A program made the translations under genes and the position numbers. Below are positions 15,001 through 30,499 of a DNA stretch of 64,000 bases, piece after piece. The notes under the pieces were generated by a model. That model was not told the DNA's origin. It saw only the letters and a program-made list of their open reading frames with translations, and did not search any database. The DNA comes from Eledone cirrhosa (lineage: Eukaryota), in contig OZ024740.1 in the NCBI GenBank assembly GCA_964016885.1, forward strand, positions 48,298,001 to 48,362,000. The letters run 5' to 3'. Every line of letters begins with the position of its first letter. Position 1 is the first letter of the stretch.

Positions 15001-18000
15001 CCACCACGGTCTCCCTTTTCTAGTACTCCCTCCATCACTGTCTCTCTCTTCCAGTACTCCCTCCAACACTGTCTCTCTTTTCCAGTACTTCCTCCATCAC
15101 TGTCTCTATCTTCCAGTACTCCCTCCATCACTGTCTCTCTCTTCCAGTACTCCTGCCAACACTGTCTTTATCTTCCAATACTCCCTGCAGCACTGCTCTC
15201 TTCCAGTACTCCCTCCACCACTGTCTCTATCTTCCAGTATTCCCTCCATCACTATCTCTCTCTTCCAGTACTCCCTCAATCACTGTCTTTCTCTTCCAGT
15301 ACTCCCTCCAACACTGTCTCTATCTTCCAGTCTTCCCTCCAGCACTGTGTCTCTTCCAGTACTCCCTCCATCACTGTCTCTATGTTCCAGTACTCCCTCC
15401 ATCACTGTCTCTCTCTTGCAGTACTCCCTCCATCACTGCCACTCTCTTCCAGTACTCGCTCCACCACTGTCTCTCTCCTCCAGTACTCCCTCCACCACTG
15501 TCTCTCTCTTCCAGTACTCCCTCCACCACTGTCTCTCTCTTCCAGTACTCCCTCCATCACTGTCTCTCTCTTCCAGTACTCCCTCCAACACTGTCTCTCT
15601 CTTCCATAACTCCCTCCACAACTGTCTCTCTCTTCAGTACTCCATTCAACACAGTCTCTCTCTTCCAGTACTCACTCCATTACTGTCTCTCTCTTCCAGT
15701 ACTCTCTCCATCACTGTCTCTCTCTTCCAGTACTCCCTCCATCACTGTCTATCTCTTCCCGTACTCTCTCCATCACAGTCTCTCTCTTACAGTACTCCCT
15801 CCATCACTGTCTCTCTCTTCCAGTACTCTCTCCATCACTGTCTCTCTCTTCCAGTACTCCCCCAACACTGTCTCTATCTTCCAGTACTCCCTCCACCACT
15901 GTCTCTCTCTTCCATGACTCCCTCCACCACTGTCTCTCTTCCAGTACTCCCTCCACCACTGTCTCTATCTTCCAGTACTCCCTCCATCACTGTCTCTCTC
16001 TTCCAGTACTCCCTCCAACACTGTCTCTATCTTCCAGTATTCCCTCCAGCACTGTGTCTCTTCCAGTACTCCCTCCACCACTGTCTCTCTCTTCCAGTAC
16101 TCCCTCCACCACTGTCTCTCTCTTCCAGTACTCCCTGCATCACTGTCTCTCTCTTCCAGTACTCCCTCCAACACTGTCTCTCTCTTCCAGTACTCTCTCC
16201 ATCACTGTCACTCTCTCTTCCAGTACTCCCTCCAACACTGTCTCTATCTTCCAGTACTCCCTCCACCACTGTCTCTCTTCCATTACTCCCTCCAGCACTG
16301 TCTCTAACTTCCAGTACTCCCTCCAGCACGGTCTCCCTTTTCTAGTACTCCCTCCATCACTGTCTCTCTCTTCCAGTACTCCCTCCAACACTGTCTCTCT
16401 TTTCCAGTACTTCCTCCATCACTGTCTCTATCTTCCAGTACTCCCTCAATCACTGTCTTTCTCTTCCAGTACTCCCTCCAACACTGTCTCTATCTTCCAG
16501 TCTTCCCTCCAGCACTGTGTCTCTTCCAGTACTCCCTCCATCACTGTCTCTATGTTCCAGTACTCCCTCCATCACTGTCTCTCTCTTCCAGTACTCGCTC
16601 CACCACTGTCTCTCTCCTCCAGTACTCCCTCCACCACTGTCTCTCTCTTCCAGTACTCCCTCCACCACTGTCTCTCTCTTCCAGTACTCCCTCCATCACT
16701 GTCTCTCTCTTCCAGTACTCCCACCAACACTGTCTCTCTCTTCCAGTACACCGCCAAAACTGTCTCTCTCTTCCATAACTCCCTCCACAACTGTCTCTCT
16801 CTTCCAGTACTCCATTCAACACAGTCTCTCTCTTCCAGTACTCACTCCATTACTGTCTCTCTCTTCCCGTACTCTCTCCATCACAGTCTCTCTCTTACAG
16901 TACTCCCTCCATCACTGTCTCTCTCTTCCAGTACTCTCTCCATCACTGTCTCTCTCTTCCAGTACTCCCCCAACATTGTCTCTATCTTCCAGTACTCCCT
17001 CCACCACTGTCTCTCTCTTCCATGACTCCCTCCACCACTGTCTCTCTTCCAGTACTCCCTCCACCACTGTCTCTATCTTCCAGTACTCCCTCCATCACTG
17101 TCTCTCTCTTCCAGTACTCCCTCCAACACTGTCTCTATCTTCCAGTATTCCCTCCAGCACTGTGTCTCTTCCAGTACTACCTCCACCACTGTCTCTCTCT
17201 TCCAGTACTCCCTCCACCACTGTCTCTCTCTTCCAGTACTCCCTCCATCACTGTCTCTCTCTTCCAGTACTCCCTCCAACACTGTCTCTTTCTTCCAGTA
17301 CACCGCCAAAACTGTCTCTCTCTTCCATAACTCCCTCCACAACTGTCACTCTCTTCCAGTACTCCCTCCAACACTGTCTCTATCTTCCGGTATTCCCTCC
17401 AGCACTGTGTCTCTTCCAGTACTCCCTCCATCACTGTCTCTCTCTTCCAGAACTCACTCCATCACTGTCTCTCTTTTCCGGTACTCCCTGCAGCACTGTC
17501 TCTCTTCCGGTACTCCTTCTACCACTGTCTCTCTCTTCCATGACTCCCTCCACCACTGTCTCTCATCCAATACTCCCTCCAACACTGTCTCTCTTTTCCA
17601 GTACTCCCTCCATAACTGTGTCTCTTTTCCAGTAATACCTCCATCACTGACTCTGTTCCTGCTACTCCCTCCAACACTGTCTCTAACTTCCAGTACTCCC
17701 TCAACCACGGTCTCTTTTTCTAGTACTCCTTCCATCACTGTCTCTCTCTCTTCCAGTTCTCCCTGCAACACAGTCTCTTTCCTCCAGTACTCCCCCCATC
17801 ACTGCCTCTCACTTCCAGTACTCCCTCCATCACTGTCTCTCTCTTCCAGTACTCTCTCCATCATTGTCTCTCTCTCTTCCAGTACTACCCCCAACACTGT
17901 CTCTATCTTCCAGTACTCCCTCTACCACTGTCTCTCTTCCGTTACACCCTCCAGCACTGTCTCTAACTTCCAGTACTCCCTCCACCACGGTCTCTCTTTT

Positions 18001-18584
18001 CTAGTACTCCTTCCATCACTGTCTCTCTCTTCCAGTACTCCCTCCAACACAGTCTCTCTCTTCCAGTACTCCCTCCAGCACTGTCTCTCTCTTCCAGTAC
18101 TCCCTCCATCACTGTCTCTCTCTTCCAGTACACCCGCCAACACTGTCTTTATCTTGCAATACTCCCGGCAGCACTGTCTGTCTTCCAGTACTCCCTCCAC
18201 CACTGTCTCTCTCTCTTACATGAATCCCTCCACCACTGTCTCTCTTCCAGTACTCCCTCCACCACTGTCTCTCTCTTCCAGTACTCCCTCCATCACTGTC
18301 TCTCTCTTCCAGTACTCCCTCCAACACTGTCTCTCTCTTCCAGTACTCCCCCAACACTGTCTCTATCTTCCAGTACTCCCTCCACCACTGTCTCTCTCTT
18401 CCAGTACTCCCTCCAACTCTGTCTCTATCTTCCAGTATTCCCTCCAGCACTGTGTCTCTTCCAGTACTCCCTCCACCACTGTCTCTCTCTTCGAGTACTC
18501 CCTCCACCACTGTCTCTATCTTCCAGTACTCCCTCCATCACTGTCTCTATCTTCCAGTATTCCCTCCAGCACTGTGTCTCTTGC

Positions 18585-21500
18585 AGTACTCCCTCCACCA
18601 CTGTCTCTCTCGTCCAGTACTGCCTCCATCACTGTCTTCTCTTCCAGTACTCCCCCAACACTGTCTCTCTCTTCCAGTACTCCCTCCAACACTGTCACTC
18701 TCTTCCAGTACTCCCTCCATCACTGTCTCTCTCTTCCAGTACTCCCTCCAACACTGTCTCTATCTTCCAGTATTCCCTCCAGCACTATGTCTCTTCCAGT
18801 ACTCCCTCCACCACTGTCTCTCTTCCAGTACTCCCTCCATCACTGTCTCTCTCTTCCAGTACTCCCTCCAACACTGTCTCTCTCTTCCAGTACTCCCCCA
18901 ACTGTGTCACTATCTTCCAGTACTACCTCCACCACTGTCTCTCTTCCATTACTCCCTCCATCACTGTCTCTCTCTTCCATTACACCCTCCATCACTGTCT
19001 CTCTCTTCCATGACCCCCTCAATCACTGTCTCACTTCCAGTACTCCCTCCATCACTGTCTCTATCTTCCAGTACTCCCTCCAACACTGTCTCTATCTTCC
19101 AGTACTCCCCCATCACTGTCTCTCTTCCAGTACCCCCTCCATCACTGTCTTTCTCTTCCAGTACTCCCTCCAACACTGTCTCTATCTTCCAGTACTCCCT
19201 CCACCACAGTCTCTATCTTCCAGTACTCCCTCCATCACTGTCTCTCTTTTCCATTACTCCCTGCAGCACAGTCTCTCTTCCAGTACTCCCTCTACCACTG
19301 TCTCTCTCTTCCATGACTCCCTCCACCACTGTCTCTCATACAATACTCCCTCCAAGACCGTCTCTCTTTTCCAGTACTCCCTCCATAACTGTCTCTCTTT
19401 TCCAGTACTCCCTCCATCACTGTCTCTGTTCCTGCTACTCCCTCCAGCACTGTCTCTAACTTCCAGTAGTCCATCCACCACGGTCTCTCTTTTCTACTAC
19501 TCCCTCCATCACTGTCGCTCTCTTCCATTACTCCCTCCAGCACTGTCTCTAACTTCCAGTACTCCCTCCACCACGGTCTCTCTTTTCTAGTACTCCCTCC
19601 ATCACTGTCTGTCTCTTCAGGTACTCCCTCCAACACAGTCTCTCTCTTCCAGTACGCTTTCCAACACTGTCTCTCTTTTTCAGTACTTCCTCCATCACTG
19701 TCTCTATCTTCCAGTACTCCCCAACAATGTCTCTCTCTTCCAGTACTTCCTCCATCACTGTCTCTATATTCCAGTACTCCCTCCACCACAGTCCCTATCT
19801 TCCAGTACTCCCTCCACCACAGTCTCTATCTTCCAGTACTCCCTCCATCACTGTCTCTCTTTTCCAGTACTCCCTGCAGCACTGTCTCTCTTCCAGTACT
19901 CCTTCTACCACTGTCTCTCTCTTCATGACTCCCTCCACCACTGTCTCTCATCCAATACTCCCTCCAACACTGTCTCTCTTTTCCAGTAATCCCTCCATAT
20001 CTGTCTCTCTATTCCAGTAATCCCTCCATCACTGTCTCTGTTCCTGCTACTCCCTCCAGCACCGTCTCTAACTTCCAGTACTCCCTCCACCACGGTCTCT
20101 CTTTTCTAGTACTCCCTCCATCACCGTCTCTCTCTTCCAGTACTCCGTGCAACACAGTCTCTATCATCCAGTACTCCCCCCATCACTGCCTCTCTCTTCC
20201 AGTACTCCCTCCACCACGGTCTCTCTTTTCTAGTACTCCCTCCATCACCATCTCTCTCTTCCTGTACTCCCTGCAACACTGTCTCTCTCTTGCAGTGCTC
20301 CCTCCATCACTGTCTCTCTCTTCCAGTACTCTCTCCATCATTGTCTCTCTCTCTCTTCCAGTACTCCCCCCCAACACTCTCTCTATCTGCCAGTACTCCC
20401 TCCACCTCTGTCTCTCTTCCGTTACTCCCTCCAGCACTGTCTCTCTCTTGCAGTACTCCCTCCATCACTGCCACTCTCTTCCAGTACTCGCTCCACCACT
20501 GTCTCTATCTTCCAGTACACCCTCCACCACTGTCTCTCTCCTCCAGTACTCCCTCCACCACTGTCTCTCTCTTCCAGTACTCCCTACACCACGGTCTCTC
20601 TTTTCTAGTACTCCCTCCATCACTGTCTCCCTCTTCCAATACTCCCTCCAACACAGTCTCTCTCTTCCAGTACTCACTCCATTACTCTCTCTCTCTTACA
20701 GTACTCCCTCCATCACTGTCTCTCTCTTCCAGTACTCTCTCCATCACTGTCTCTCTCTTCCAGTACTCCCCCAACACTATCTCTATCTTCCAGTACTCCC
20801 TCCACCACTGTCTCTCTCTTCCATTACTCCCTCCACCACTGTCTCTCTTCCAGTACTCCCTGCATCACTGTCTCTCTCTTCCAGTATTCCCTCCACCACT
20901 GTCTCTATCTTCCAGTACTCCCGCCAACACTGTCTCTCTTCCAGTACTCGCTCCACCACTGTCTCTATCTTCCAGTATTCCCTCCATCACTGTCTCTCTC
21001 TTCCAGTACGCTTTCCAACACTGTCTCTCTTTTCCAGTACTTCCTCCATCACTGTCTCTATCTTCCAGTACACCCTCCATCACTGTCTCTCTCTTGCAGT
21101 ACTCCCCCAACACTGTCTCTCTCTTCCAGTACTCCCTCCAACACTGTTACTCTCTTCCAGTACTCCCTCCAACACTGTCTCTCTTTTCCAGTACTTCCTC
21201 CATCACTGTCTCTATCTTCCAGTACTCCTTCCACCACTGTCTCTCTCTTCCATGAATCCCTCCACCACAGTCTCTCTTCCAGTACTCCCTCCACCACTGT
21301 CTCTATCTTCCAGTATTCCCTCCATCACTGTCTCTCTCTTGCAGTACTCCCTCCATCACTGTCTCTCTCTCTTCCAGTACTACCTCCATCACTATCTCTC
21401 ACTTCGAGTACTCCGGCCATCACTGTCACTCTCTTCCAGTACTCCGTCCACCACTGTCTCTTTTCCAGTACTCCCTCCATCACTGTCTCTCTCTTCTAGT

Positions 21501-24500
21501 ACTCCCTCTAACACTTCTATATCTTCCAGTACTACCTCCATCACAGTCTCTCTCGTCCAGTACTCCCTCCAACACTGTCTCTTTCTTCCAGTACTCCCTC
21601 CAACACTATCTCTCTCTTGCAGTACTCCCTCCACCAGTGTCTCTCTCTTCTAGTACTCCCTCCAACACTGTCTCTATCTTCCAGTACTCCCTCTAATAAT
21701 TGTCTATCTTCCAGTACTCCCTCTAACACTTGGCTATCTTCCAGTACTCCCTCCATAACTGTCTCTCTCTTCCAGTTCTCCCTCCAGCACTGTCTCTCTC
21801 TTCTAGTACTCTCTCCCACACTGTCTCTATATTCCAATACGCCCTCCATCACTGTCTCTCTCTTCAGTACTCCCGCCATCACTGTCTCTCTCTTCCAGTA
21901 CTCCCTCCAACACGGGCTCTATCTTCCTGTACTCTCTCCATCACTGTCTGTCTCTTCTAGTACTCCCTCCATCACTGTCTCTCTCTCCTAGTACTCCCTC
22001 CACCACTGTCTCTCTCGTCCAGTACTGCCTCCATCACTGTCTTCTCTTCCAGTACTCCCCCAACACTGTCTCTCTCTTCCAGTACTCCCTCCAACACTGT
22101 CACTCTCTTCCAGTACTCCCTCCATCACTGTCTCTCTCTTCCAGTACTCCCTCCAACACTGTCTCTATCTTCCAGTATTCCCTCCAGCACTATGTCTCTT
22201 CCAGTACTCCCTCCACCACTGTCTCTCTTCCAGTACTCCCTCCATCACTGTCTCTCTCTTCCAGTACTCCCTCCAACACTGTCTCTCTCTTCCAGTACTC
22301 CCCCAACTGTGTCACTATCTTCCAGTACTACCTCCACCACTGTCTCTCTTCCATTACTCCCTCCATCACTGTCTCTCTCTTCCATTACACCCTCCATCAC
22401 TGTCTCTCTCTTCCATGACCCCCTCAATCACTGTCTCACTTCCAGTACTCCCTCCATCACTGTCTCTATCTTCCAGTACTCCCTCCAACACTGTCTCTAT
22501 CTTCCAGTACTCCCCCATCACTGTCTCTCTTCCAGTACCCCCTCCATCACTGTCTTTCTCTTCCAGTACTCCCTCCAACACTGTCTCTATCTTCCAGTAC
22601 TCCCTCCACCACAGTCTCTATCTTCCAGTACTCCCTCCATCACTGTCTCTCTTTTCCATTACTCCCTGCAGCACAGTCTCTCTTCCAGTACTCCCTCTAC
22701 CACTGTCTCTCTCTTCCATGACTCCCTCCACCACTGTCTCTCATACAATACTCCCTCCAAGACCGTCTCTCTTTTCCAGTACTCCCTCCATAACTGTCTC
22801 TCTTTTCCAGTACTCCCTCCATCACTGTCTCTGTTCCTGCTACTCCCTCCAGCACTGTCTCTAACTTCCAGTAGTCCATCCACCACGGTCTCTCTTTTCT
22901 ACTACTCCCTCCATCACTGTCGCTCTCTTCCATTACTCCCTCCAGCACTGTCTCTAACTTCCAGTACTCCCTCCACCACGGTCTCTCTTTTCTAGTACTC
23001 CCTCCATCACTGTCTGTCTCTTCAGGTACTCCCTCCAACACAGTCTCTCTCTTCCAGTACGCTTTCCAACACTGTCTCTCTTTTTCAGTACTTCCTCCAT
23101 CACTGTCTCTATCTTCCAGTACTCCCCAACAATGTCTCTCTCTTCCAGTACTTCCTCCATCACTGTCTCTATATTCCAGTACTCCCTCCACCACAGTCCC
23201 TATCTTCCAGTACTCCCTCCACCACAGTCTCTATCTTCCAGTACTCCCTCCATCACTGTCTCTCTTTTCCAGTACTCCCTGCAGCACTGTCTCTCTTCCA
23301 GTACTCCTTCTACCACTGTCTCTCTCTTCATGACTCCCTCCACCACTGTCTCTCATCCAATACTCCCTCCAACACTGTCTCTCTTTTCCAGTAATCCCTC
23401 CATATCTGTCTCTCTATTCCAGTAATCCCTCCATCACTGTCTCTGTTCCTGCTACTCCCTCCAGCACCGTCTCTAACTTCCAGTACTCCCTCCACCACGG
23501 TCTCTCTTTTCTAGTACTCCCTCCATCACCGTCTCTCTCTTCCAGTACTCCGTGCAACACAGTCTCTATCATCCAGTACTCCCCCCATCACTGCCTCTCT
23601 CTTCCAGTACTCCCTCCACCACGGTCTCTCTTTTCTAGTACTCCCTCCATCACCATCTCTCTCTTCCTGTACTCCCTGCAACACTGTCTCTCTCTTGCAG
23701 TGCTCCCTCCATCACTGTCTCTCTCTTCCAGTACTCTCTCCATCATTGTCTCTCTCTCTCTTCCAGTACTCCCCCCCAACACTCTCTCTATCTGCCAGTA
23801 CTCCCTCCACCTCTGTCTCTCTTCCGTTACTCCCTCCAGCACTGTCTCTCTCTTGCAGTACTCCCTCCATCACTGCCACTCTCTTCCAGTACTCGCTCCA
23901 CCACTGTCTCTATCTTCCAGTACACCCTCCACCACTGTCTCTCTCCTCCAGTACTCCCTCCACCACTGTCTCTCTCTTCCAGTACTCCCTACACCACGGT
24001 CTCTCTTTTCTAGTACTCCCTCCATCACTGTCTCCCTCTTCCAATACTCCCTCCAACACAGTCTCTCTCTTCCAGTACTCACTCCATTACTCTCTCTCTC
24101 TTACAGTACTCCCTCCATCACTGTCTCTCTCTTCCAGTACTCTCTCCATCACTGTCTCTCTCTTCCAGTACTCCCCCAACACTATCTCTATCTTCCAGTA
24201 CTCCCTCCACCACTGTCTCTCTCTTCCATTACTCCCTCCACCACTGTCTCTCTTCCAGTACTCCCTGCATCACTGTCTCTCTCTTCCAGTATTCCCTCCA
24301 CCACTGTCTCTATCTTCCAGTACTCCCGCCAACACTGTCTCTCTTCCAGTACTCGCTCCACCACTGTCTCTATCTTCCAGTATTCCCTCCATCACTGTCT
24401 CTCTCTTCCAGTACGCTTTCCAACACTGTCTCTCTTTTCCAGTACTTCCTCCATCACTGTCTCTATCTTCCAGTACACCCTCCATCACTGTCTCTCTCTT

Positions 24501-25407
24501 GCAGTACTCCCCCAACACTGTCTCTCTCTTCCAGTACTCCCTCCAACACTGTTACTCTCTTCCAGTACTCCCTCCAACACTGTCTCTCTTTTCCAGTACT
24601 TCCTCCATCACTGTCTCTATCTTCCAGTACTCCTTCCACCACTGTCTCTCTCTTCCATGAATCCCTCCACCACAGTCTCTCTTCCAGTACTCCCTCCACC
24701 ACTGTCTCTATCTTCCAGTATTCCCTCCATCACTGTCTCTCTCTTGCAGTACTCCCTCCATCACTGTCTCTCTCTCTTCCAGTACTACCTCCATCACTAT
24801 CTCTCACTTCGAGTACTCCGGCCATCACTGTCACTCTCTTCCAGTACTCCGTCCACCACTGTCTCTTTTCCAGTACTCCCTCCATCACTGTCTCTCTCTT
24901 CTAGTACTCCCTCTAACACTTCTATATCTTCCAGTACTACCTCCATCACAGTCTCTCTCGTCCAGTACTCCCTCCAACACTGTCTCTTTCTTCCAGTACT
25001 CCCTCCAACACTATCTCTCTCTTGCAGTACTCCCTCCACCAGTGTCTCTCTCTTCTAGTACTCCCTCCAACACTGTCTCTATCTTCCAGTACTCCCTCTA
25101 ATAATTGTCTATCTTCCAGTACTCCCTCTAACACTTGGCTATCTTCCAGTACTCCCTCCATAACTGTCTCTCTCTTCCAGTTCTCCCTCCAGCACTGTCT
25201 CTCTCTTCTAGTACTCTCTCCCACACTGTCTCTATATTCCAATACGCCCTCCATCACTGTCTCTCTCTTCAGTACTCCCGCCATCACTGTCTCTCTCTTC
25301 CAGTACTCCCTCCAACACGGGCTCTATCTTCCTGTACTCTCTCCATCACTGTCTGTCTCTTCTAGTACTCCCTCCATCACTGTCTCTCTCTCCTAGTACT
25401 CCCTCCA
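18585..25407. repeat. Tandem higher-order duplication inside the satellite, period 3405 bp
   Basis: ORF-track entries recur with identical translations at +3405 (18840/22245, 19292/22697, 20290/23695, 21617/25022). The rare variant CGTCCAGTACTGCC occurs at 18611 and 22016. Confidence 0.92.
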
Positions 25408-28400
25408 TCACTGTCTCTATCTTCCAGTACTTCCTTCATCACTGTCGCTATCTACCAGTACTCCCTCCATCACTCTCTTTCTTTTCCAGTACTCTCTCCA
25501 ATACTGTCTCTATCTTCCAGTACTCCCTCCAACACTGTCTCTCTCTACCAGTTCTCCCTCCATTACTGTCTCTCTTTTCTAGTACTCCCTCCATCACTGT
25601 CTCTCTCTTCCATTACTCCCTCCACCACTGTCTCTCTTCCAGTACCCCTCCAACACTGTCTCTCTTTTCCAGTACTCCCTCCATAACTGTGTCTCTTTTC
25701 CAGTAATCACTCGATCACTGTCTCTGTTCTTGCTACTCCCTTCAGCACTGTCTCTAACTTCCAGTACTCCCTCCACCACGGTTTCTCTTTTCTAGTACTC
25801 CCTCCATCACTGTCTCTCTCTTCCAGTACTCGCTGCAACATAGTCTCTTTCCTTCAGTACTCCCCCCATCACTGCCTCTCACTTCCAGTACTCCCTCCAT
25901 CACTGTCTCTCTCTTCCAGTACTCTCTCCATCATTGTCTCTCTCTCTCTTCCAGTACTACCCCCAACACTGTCTCTATCTTCCAGTACTCCCTCCACCAC
26001 TGTCTCTCTTCCGTTACACCCTCCAGCACTGTTTCTATCTTCCAGTACTCCCTCCACCACGGTCTCTCTTTTCTAGTACTCCCTCCATCACTGTCTCTCT
26101 CTTCCAGTACTCGCTGCAACATAGTCTCTTTCCTTCAGTACTCCCCCCATCACTGCCTCTCACTTCCAGTACTCCCTCCATCACTGTCTCTCTCTTCCAG
26201 TACTCTCTCCATCATTGTCTCTCTCTCTCTTACAGTACTACCCCCAACACTGTCTCTATCTTCCAGTACTCCCTCCACCACTGTCTCTCTTCCGTTACAC
26301 CCTCCAGCACTGTTTCTATCTTCCAGTACTCCCTCCACCACGGTCTCTCTTTTCTAGTACTCCCTCCATCACTGTCTCTATCTTCCAGTACTCCCTCCAT
26401 CACTGTCTCTCTTCCAATACTTCCTCTATCACTCTCGCGCTCTTCCAGTACTCCCTCTATCACTGTCTCTCTTTTCCAATACTCCCTCCAGCACTGCCTC
26501 TCTCTTCCAGTACTCCCGACAACACTGTCTCTCTTCCAGTACTCGCTCCACCACTGTCTCTATCTTCCAGTATTCCCTCCATCACTGTCTCTCTCTTCCA
26601 GTACGCTTTCCAACACTGTCTCTCTTTCCCAGTACTTCCTCCGTCACTGTCTCTATCTTCCAGTACTCCCCCAACACAGTCTCTATCCTCCAGTACTCCC
26701 CCCATCACTGCCTCTCTTCCAGTACTCCCTCCATCACTGTCTCTCTCTTCCAGTACTGTCTCCATCACTGTCTCTCTCTCTTCCAGTACTCCCCCCAACA
26801 CTGTCTCTATCTTCCAGTACTCCCTCCATCACTGTCTCTCTCTTCCAGTACTCCCTCCAACACGGTCTCTCTCTTCCAGTACTCCCTCCATCACTGCCTC
26901 TCTTCCAGTACTCCCTCCATCACTGTCTCTCTCTTCCTGTACTCTCTCCATCACTGTCTCTCTCTCTTCCAGTACTCCCCCCAACACTGTCTCTATCTTC
27001 CAGTACTCCCTCCATCACTGTCTCTCTCTTCCAGTACTCCCTCCAACACGGTCTCTCTCTTCCAGTACTCCCTCCATCACTGTCTCTCTCTTCCAGTACT
27101 CCCTCCATCACTGTCTCTCTCTTCCAGTACTCCCTCCACCACTGTCTCTCTCTTCCAGTACTCCCTCCAACACGGGCTCTATCTTCCTGTACTCTCTCCA
27201 TCACTGTCTGTCTCATCTAGTACTCCCTCCATCACTGTCTCTCTCTCCTAGTACTCCCTCCATCACTGTCTCTCTCTCCTAGTACTCCCTCCATCACTGT
27301 CTCTATCTTCCAGTACTTCCTTCATCACTGTCGCTATCTACCAGTACTCCCTCCATCACTCTCTTTCTTTTCCAGTACTCTCTCCAATACTGTCTCTATC
27401 TTCCAGTACTCCCTCCAACACTGTCTCTCTCTACCAGTTCTCCCTCCATTACTGTCTCTCTTTTCTAGTACTCCCTCCATCACTGTCTCTCTCTTCCATT
27501 ACTCCCTCCACCACTGTCTCTCTTCCAGTACTCCCTCCAACACTGTCTCTCTTTTCCAGTACTCCCTCCATAACTGTGTCTCTTTTCCAGTAATCACTCG
27601 ATCACTGTCTCTGTTCTTGCTACTCCCTTCAGCACTGTCTCTACCTTCCAGTACTCTCTCCAACACTGTCTCTACCTTCCAGTACTCCCTCCACCACGGT
27701 TTCTTTTCTAGTACTCCCTCCATCACTGTCTCTCTCTTCCAGTACTCCCTGCAACATAGTCTCTTTCCTTCAGTACTCCCCCATCACTGCCTCTCACTTC
27801 CAGTACTCCGTCCATCACTGTCTCTCTCTTCCAGTACTCTCTCCATCACTGTCTCTCTCTCTTCCAGTACTACCCCCAACACTGTCTCTATCTGCCAGTA
27901 CTCCCTCCACCTCTGTCTCTCTTCCGTTACTCCCTCCAGCACTGTCTCTCTCTTGCAGTACTCCCTCCATCACTGCCACTCTCTTCCAGTACTCGCTCCA
28001 CCACTGTCTCTATCTTCCAGTACACCCTCCACCACTGTCTCTCTCCTCCAGTACTCCCTCCACCACTGTCTCTCTCTTCCAGTACTCCCTACACCACGGT
28101 CTCTCTTTTCTAGTACTCCCTCCATCACTGTCTCCCTCTTCCAATACTCCCTCCAACACAGTCTCTCTCTTCCAGTACTCACTCCATTACTCTCTCTCTC
28201 TTACAGTACTCCCTCCATCACTGTCTCTCTCTTCCAGTACTCTCTCCATCACTGTCTCTCTCTTCCAATACTCCCCCAACACTATCTCTATCTTCCAGTA
28301 CTCCCTCCACCACTGTCTCTCTCTTCCATTACTCCCTCCACCACTGTCTCTCTTCCAGTACTCCCTGCATCACTGTCTCTCTCTTCCAGTATTCCCTCCA

Positions 28401-30499
28401 CCACTGTCTCTATCTTCCAGTACTCCCTCCATCACTGTCTCTCTTCCAATACTCCCTCTATCACTCTCGCGCTCTTCCAGTACTCCCTCTATCACTGTCT
28501 CTCTTTTCCAGTACTCCCTCCAGCACTGCCTCTCTCTTCCAGTACTCCCGCCAACACTGTCTCTCTTCCAGTACTCGCTCCACCACTGTCTCTATCTTCC
28601 AGTATTCCCTCCATCACTGTCTCTCTCTTCCAGTACGCTTTCCAACACTGTCTCTCTTTTCCAGTACTTCCTCCATCACTGTCTCTATCTTCCAGTACTC
28701 CCTCCATCACTGTCTCTCTCTTCCAGTACTCCCCCAACACTGTCTCTCTCTTCCAGTACTCCCTCCAACACTGTTACTCTCTTCCAGTACTCCCTCCAAC
28801 ACTGTCTCTCTTTTCCAGTACTTCCTCCATCACTGTCTCTATCTTCCAGTACTCCTTCCACCACTGTCTCTCTCTTCCATGAATCCCTCCACCACAGTCT
28901 CTCTTCCAGTACTCCCTCCACCACTGTCTCTATCTTCCAGTATTCCCTCCATCACTGTCTCTCTCTTGCAGTACTCCCTCCATCACTGTCTCTCTCTCTT
29001 CCAGTACTACCTCCATCACTATCTCTCACTTCGAGTACTCCGGCCATCACTGTCACTCTCTTCCAGTACTCCGTCCACCACTGTCTCTTTTCCAGTACTC
29101 CCTCCATCACTGTCTCTCTCTTCTAGTACTCCCTCTAACACTTCTATATCTTCCAGTACTACCTCCATCACAGTCTCTCTCGTCCAGTACTCCCTCCAAC
29201 ACTGTCTCTTTCTTCCAGTACTCCCTCCAACACTATCTCTCTCTTGCAGTACTCCCTCCACCAGTGTCTCTCTCTTCTAGTACTCCCTCCAACACTGTCT
29301 CTATCTTCCAGTACTCCCTCTAATACTTGTCTATCTTCCAGTACTCCCTCTAACACTTGTCTATCTTCCAGTAATCCCTCCATAACTGTCTCTCTCTTCC
29401 AGTTCTCCCTCCAGCACTGTCTCTCTCTTCTAGTACTCTCTCCCACACTGTCTCTATATTCCAGTACGCCCTCCATCACTGTCTCTCTCTTCAGTACTCC
29501 CGCCATCACTGTCTCTCTCTTCCAGTACTCCCTCCAACACGGGCTCTATCTTCCTGTACTCTCTCCATCACTGTCTGTCTCTTCTAGTACTCCCTCCATC
29601 ACTGTCTCTCTCTCCTAGTACTCCCTCCATCACTGTCTCTATCTTCCAGTACTTCCTTCATCACTGTCGCTATCTACCAGTACTCCCTCCATCACTCTCT
29701 TTCTTTTCCAGTACTCTCTCCAATACTGTCTCTATCTTCCAGTACTCCCTCCAACACTGTCTCTCTCTACCAGTTCTCCCTCCATTACTGTCTCTCTTTT
29801 CTAGTACTCCCTCCATCACTGTCTCTCTCTTCCATTACTCCCTCCACCACTGTCTCTCTTCCAGTACTCCCTCCAACACTGTCTCTCTTTTCCAGTACTC
29901 CCTCCATAACTGTGTCTCTTTTCCAGTAATCACTCGATCACTGTCTCTGTTCTTGCTACTCCCTTCAGCACTGTCTCTAACTTCCAGTACTCCCTCCACC
30001 ACGGTTTCTCTTTTCTAGTACTCCCTCCATCACTGTCTCTCTCTTCCAGTACTCGCTGCAACATAGTCTCTTTCCTTCAGTACTCCCCCATCACTGCCTC
30101 TCACTTCCAGTACTCCCTCCATCACTGTCTCTCTCTTCCAGTACTCTCTCCATCATTGTCTCTCTCTCTCTTCCAGTACTACCCCCAACACTGTCTCTCT
30201 CTTCCATTACTCCCTCCACCACTGTCTCTCTTCCAGTACTCCCTCCAACACTGTCTCTCTTTTCCAGTACTCCCTCCATAACTGTGTCTCTTTTCCAGTA
30301 ATCACTCGATCACTGTCTCTGTTCTTGCTACTCCCTTCAGCACTGTCTCTAACTTCCAGTACTCCCTCCACCACGGTTTCTCTTTTCTAGTACTCCCTCC
30401 ATCACTGTCTCTCTCTTCCAGTACTCGCTGCAACATAGTCTCTTTCCTTCAGTACTCCCCCATCACTGCCTCTCACTTCCAGTACTCCCTCCATCACTG

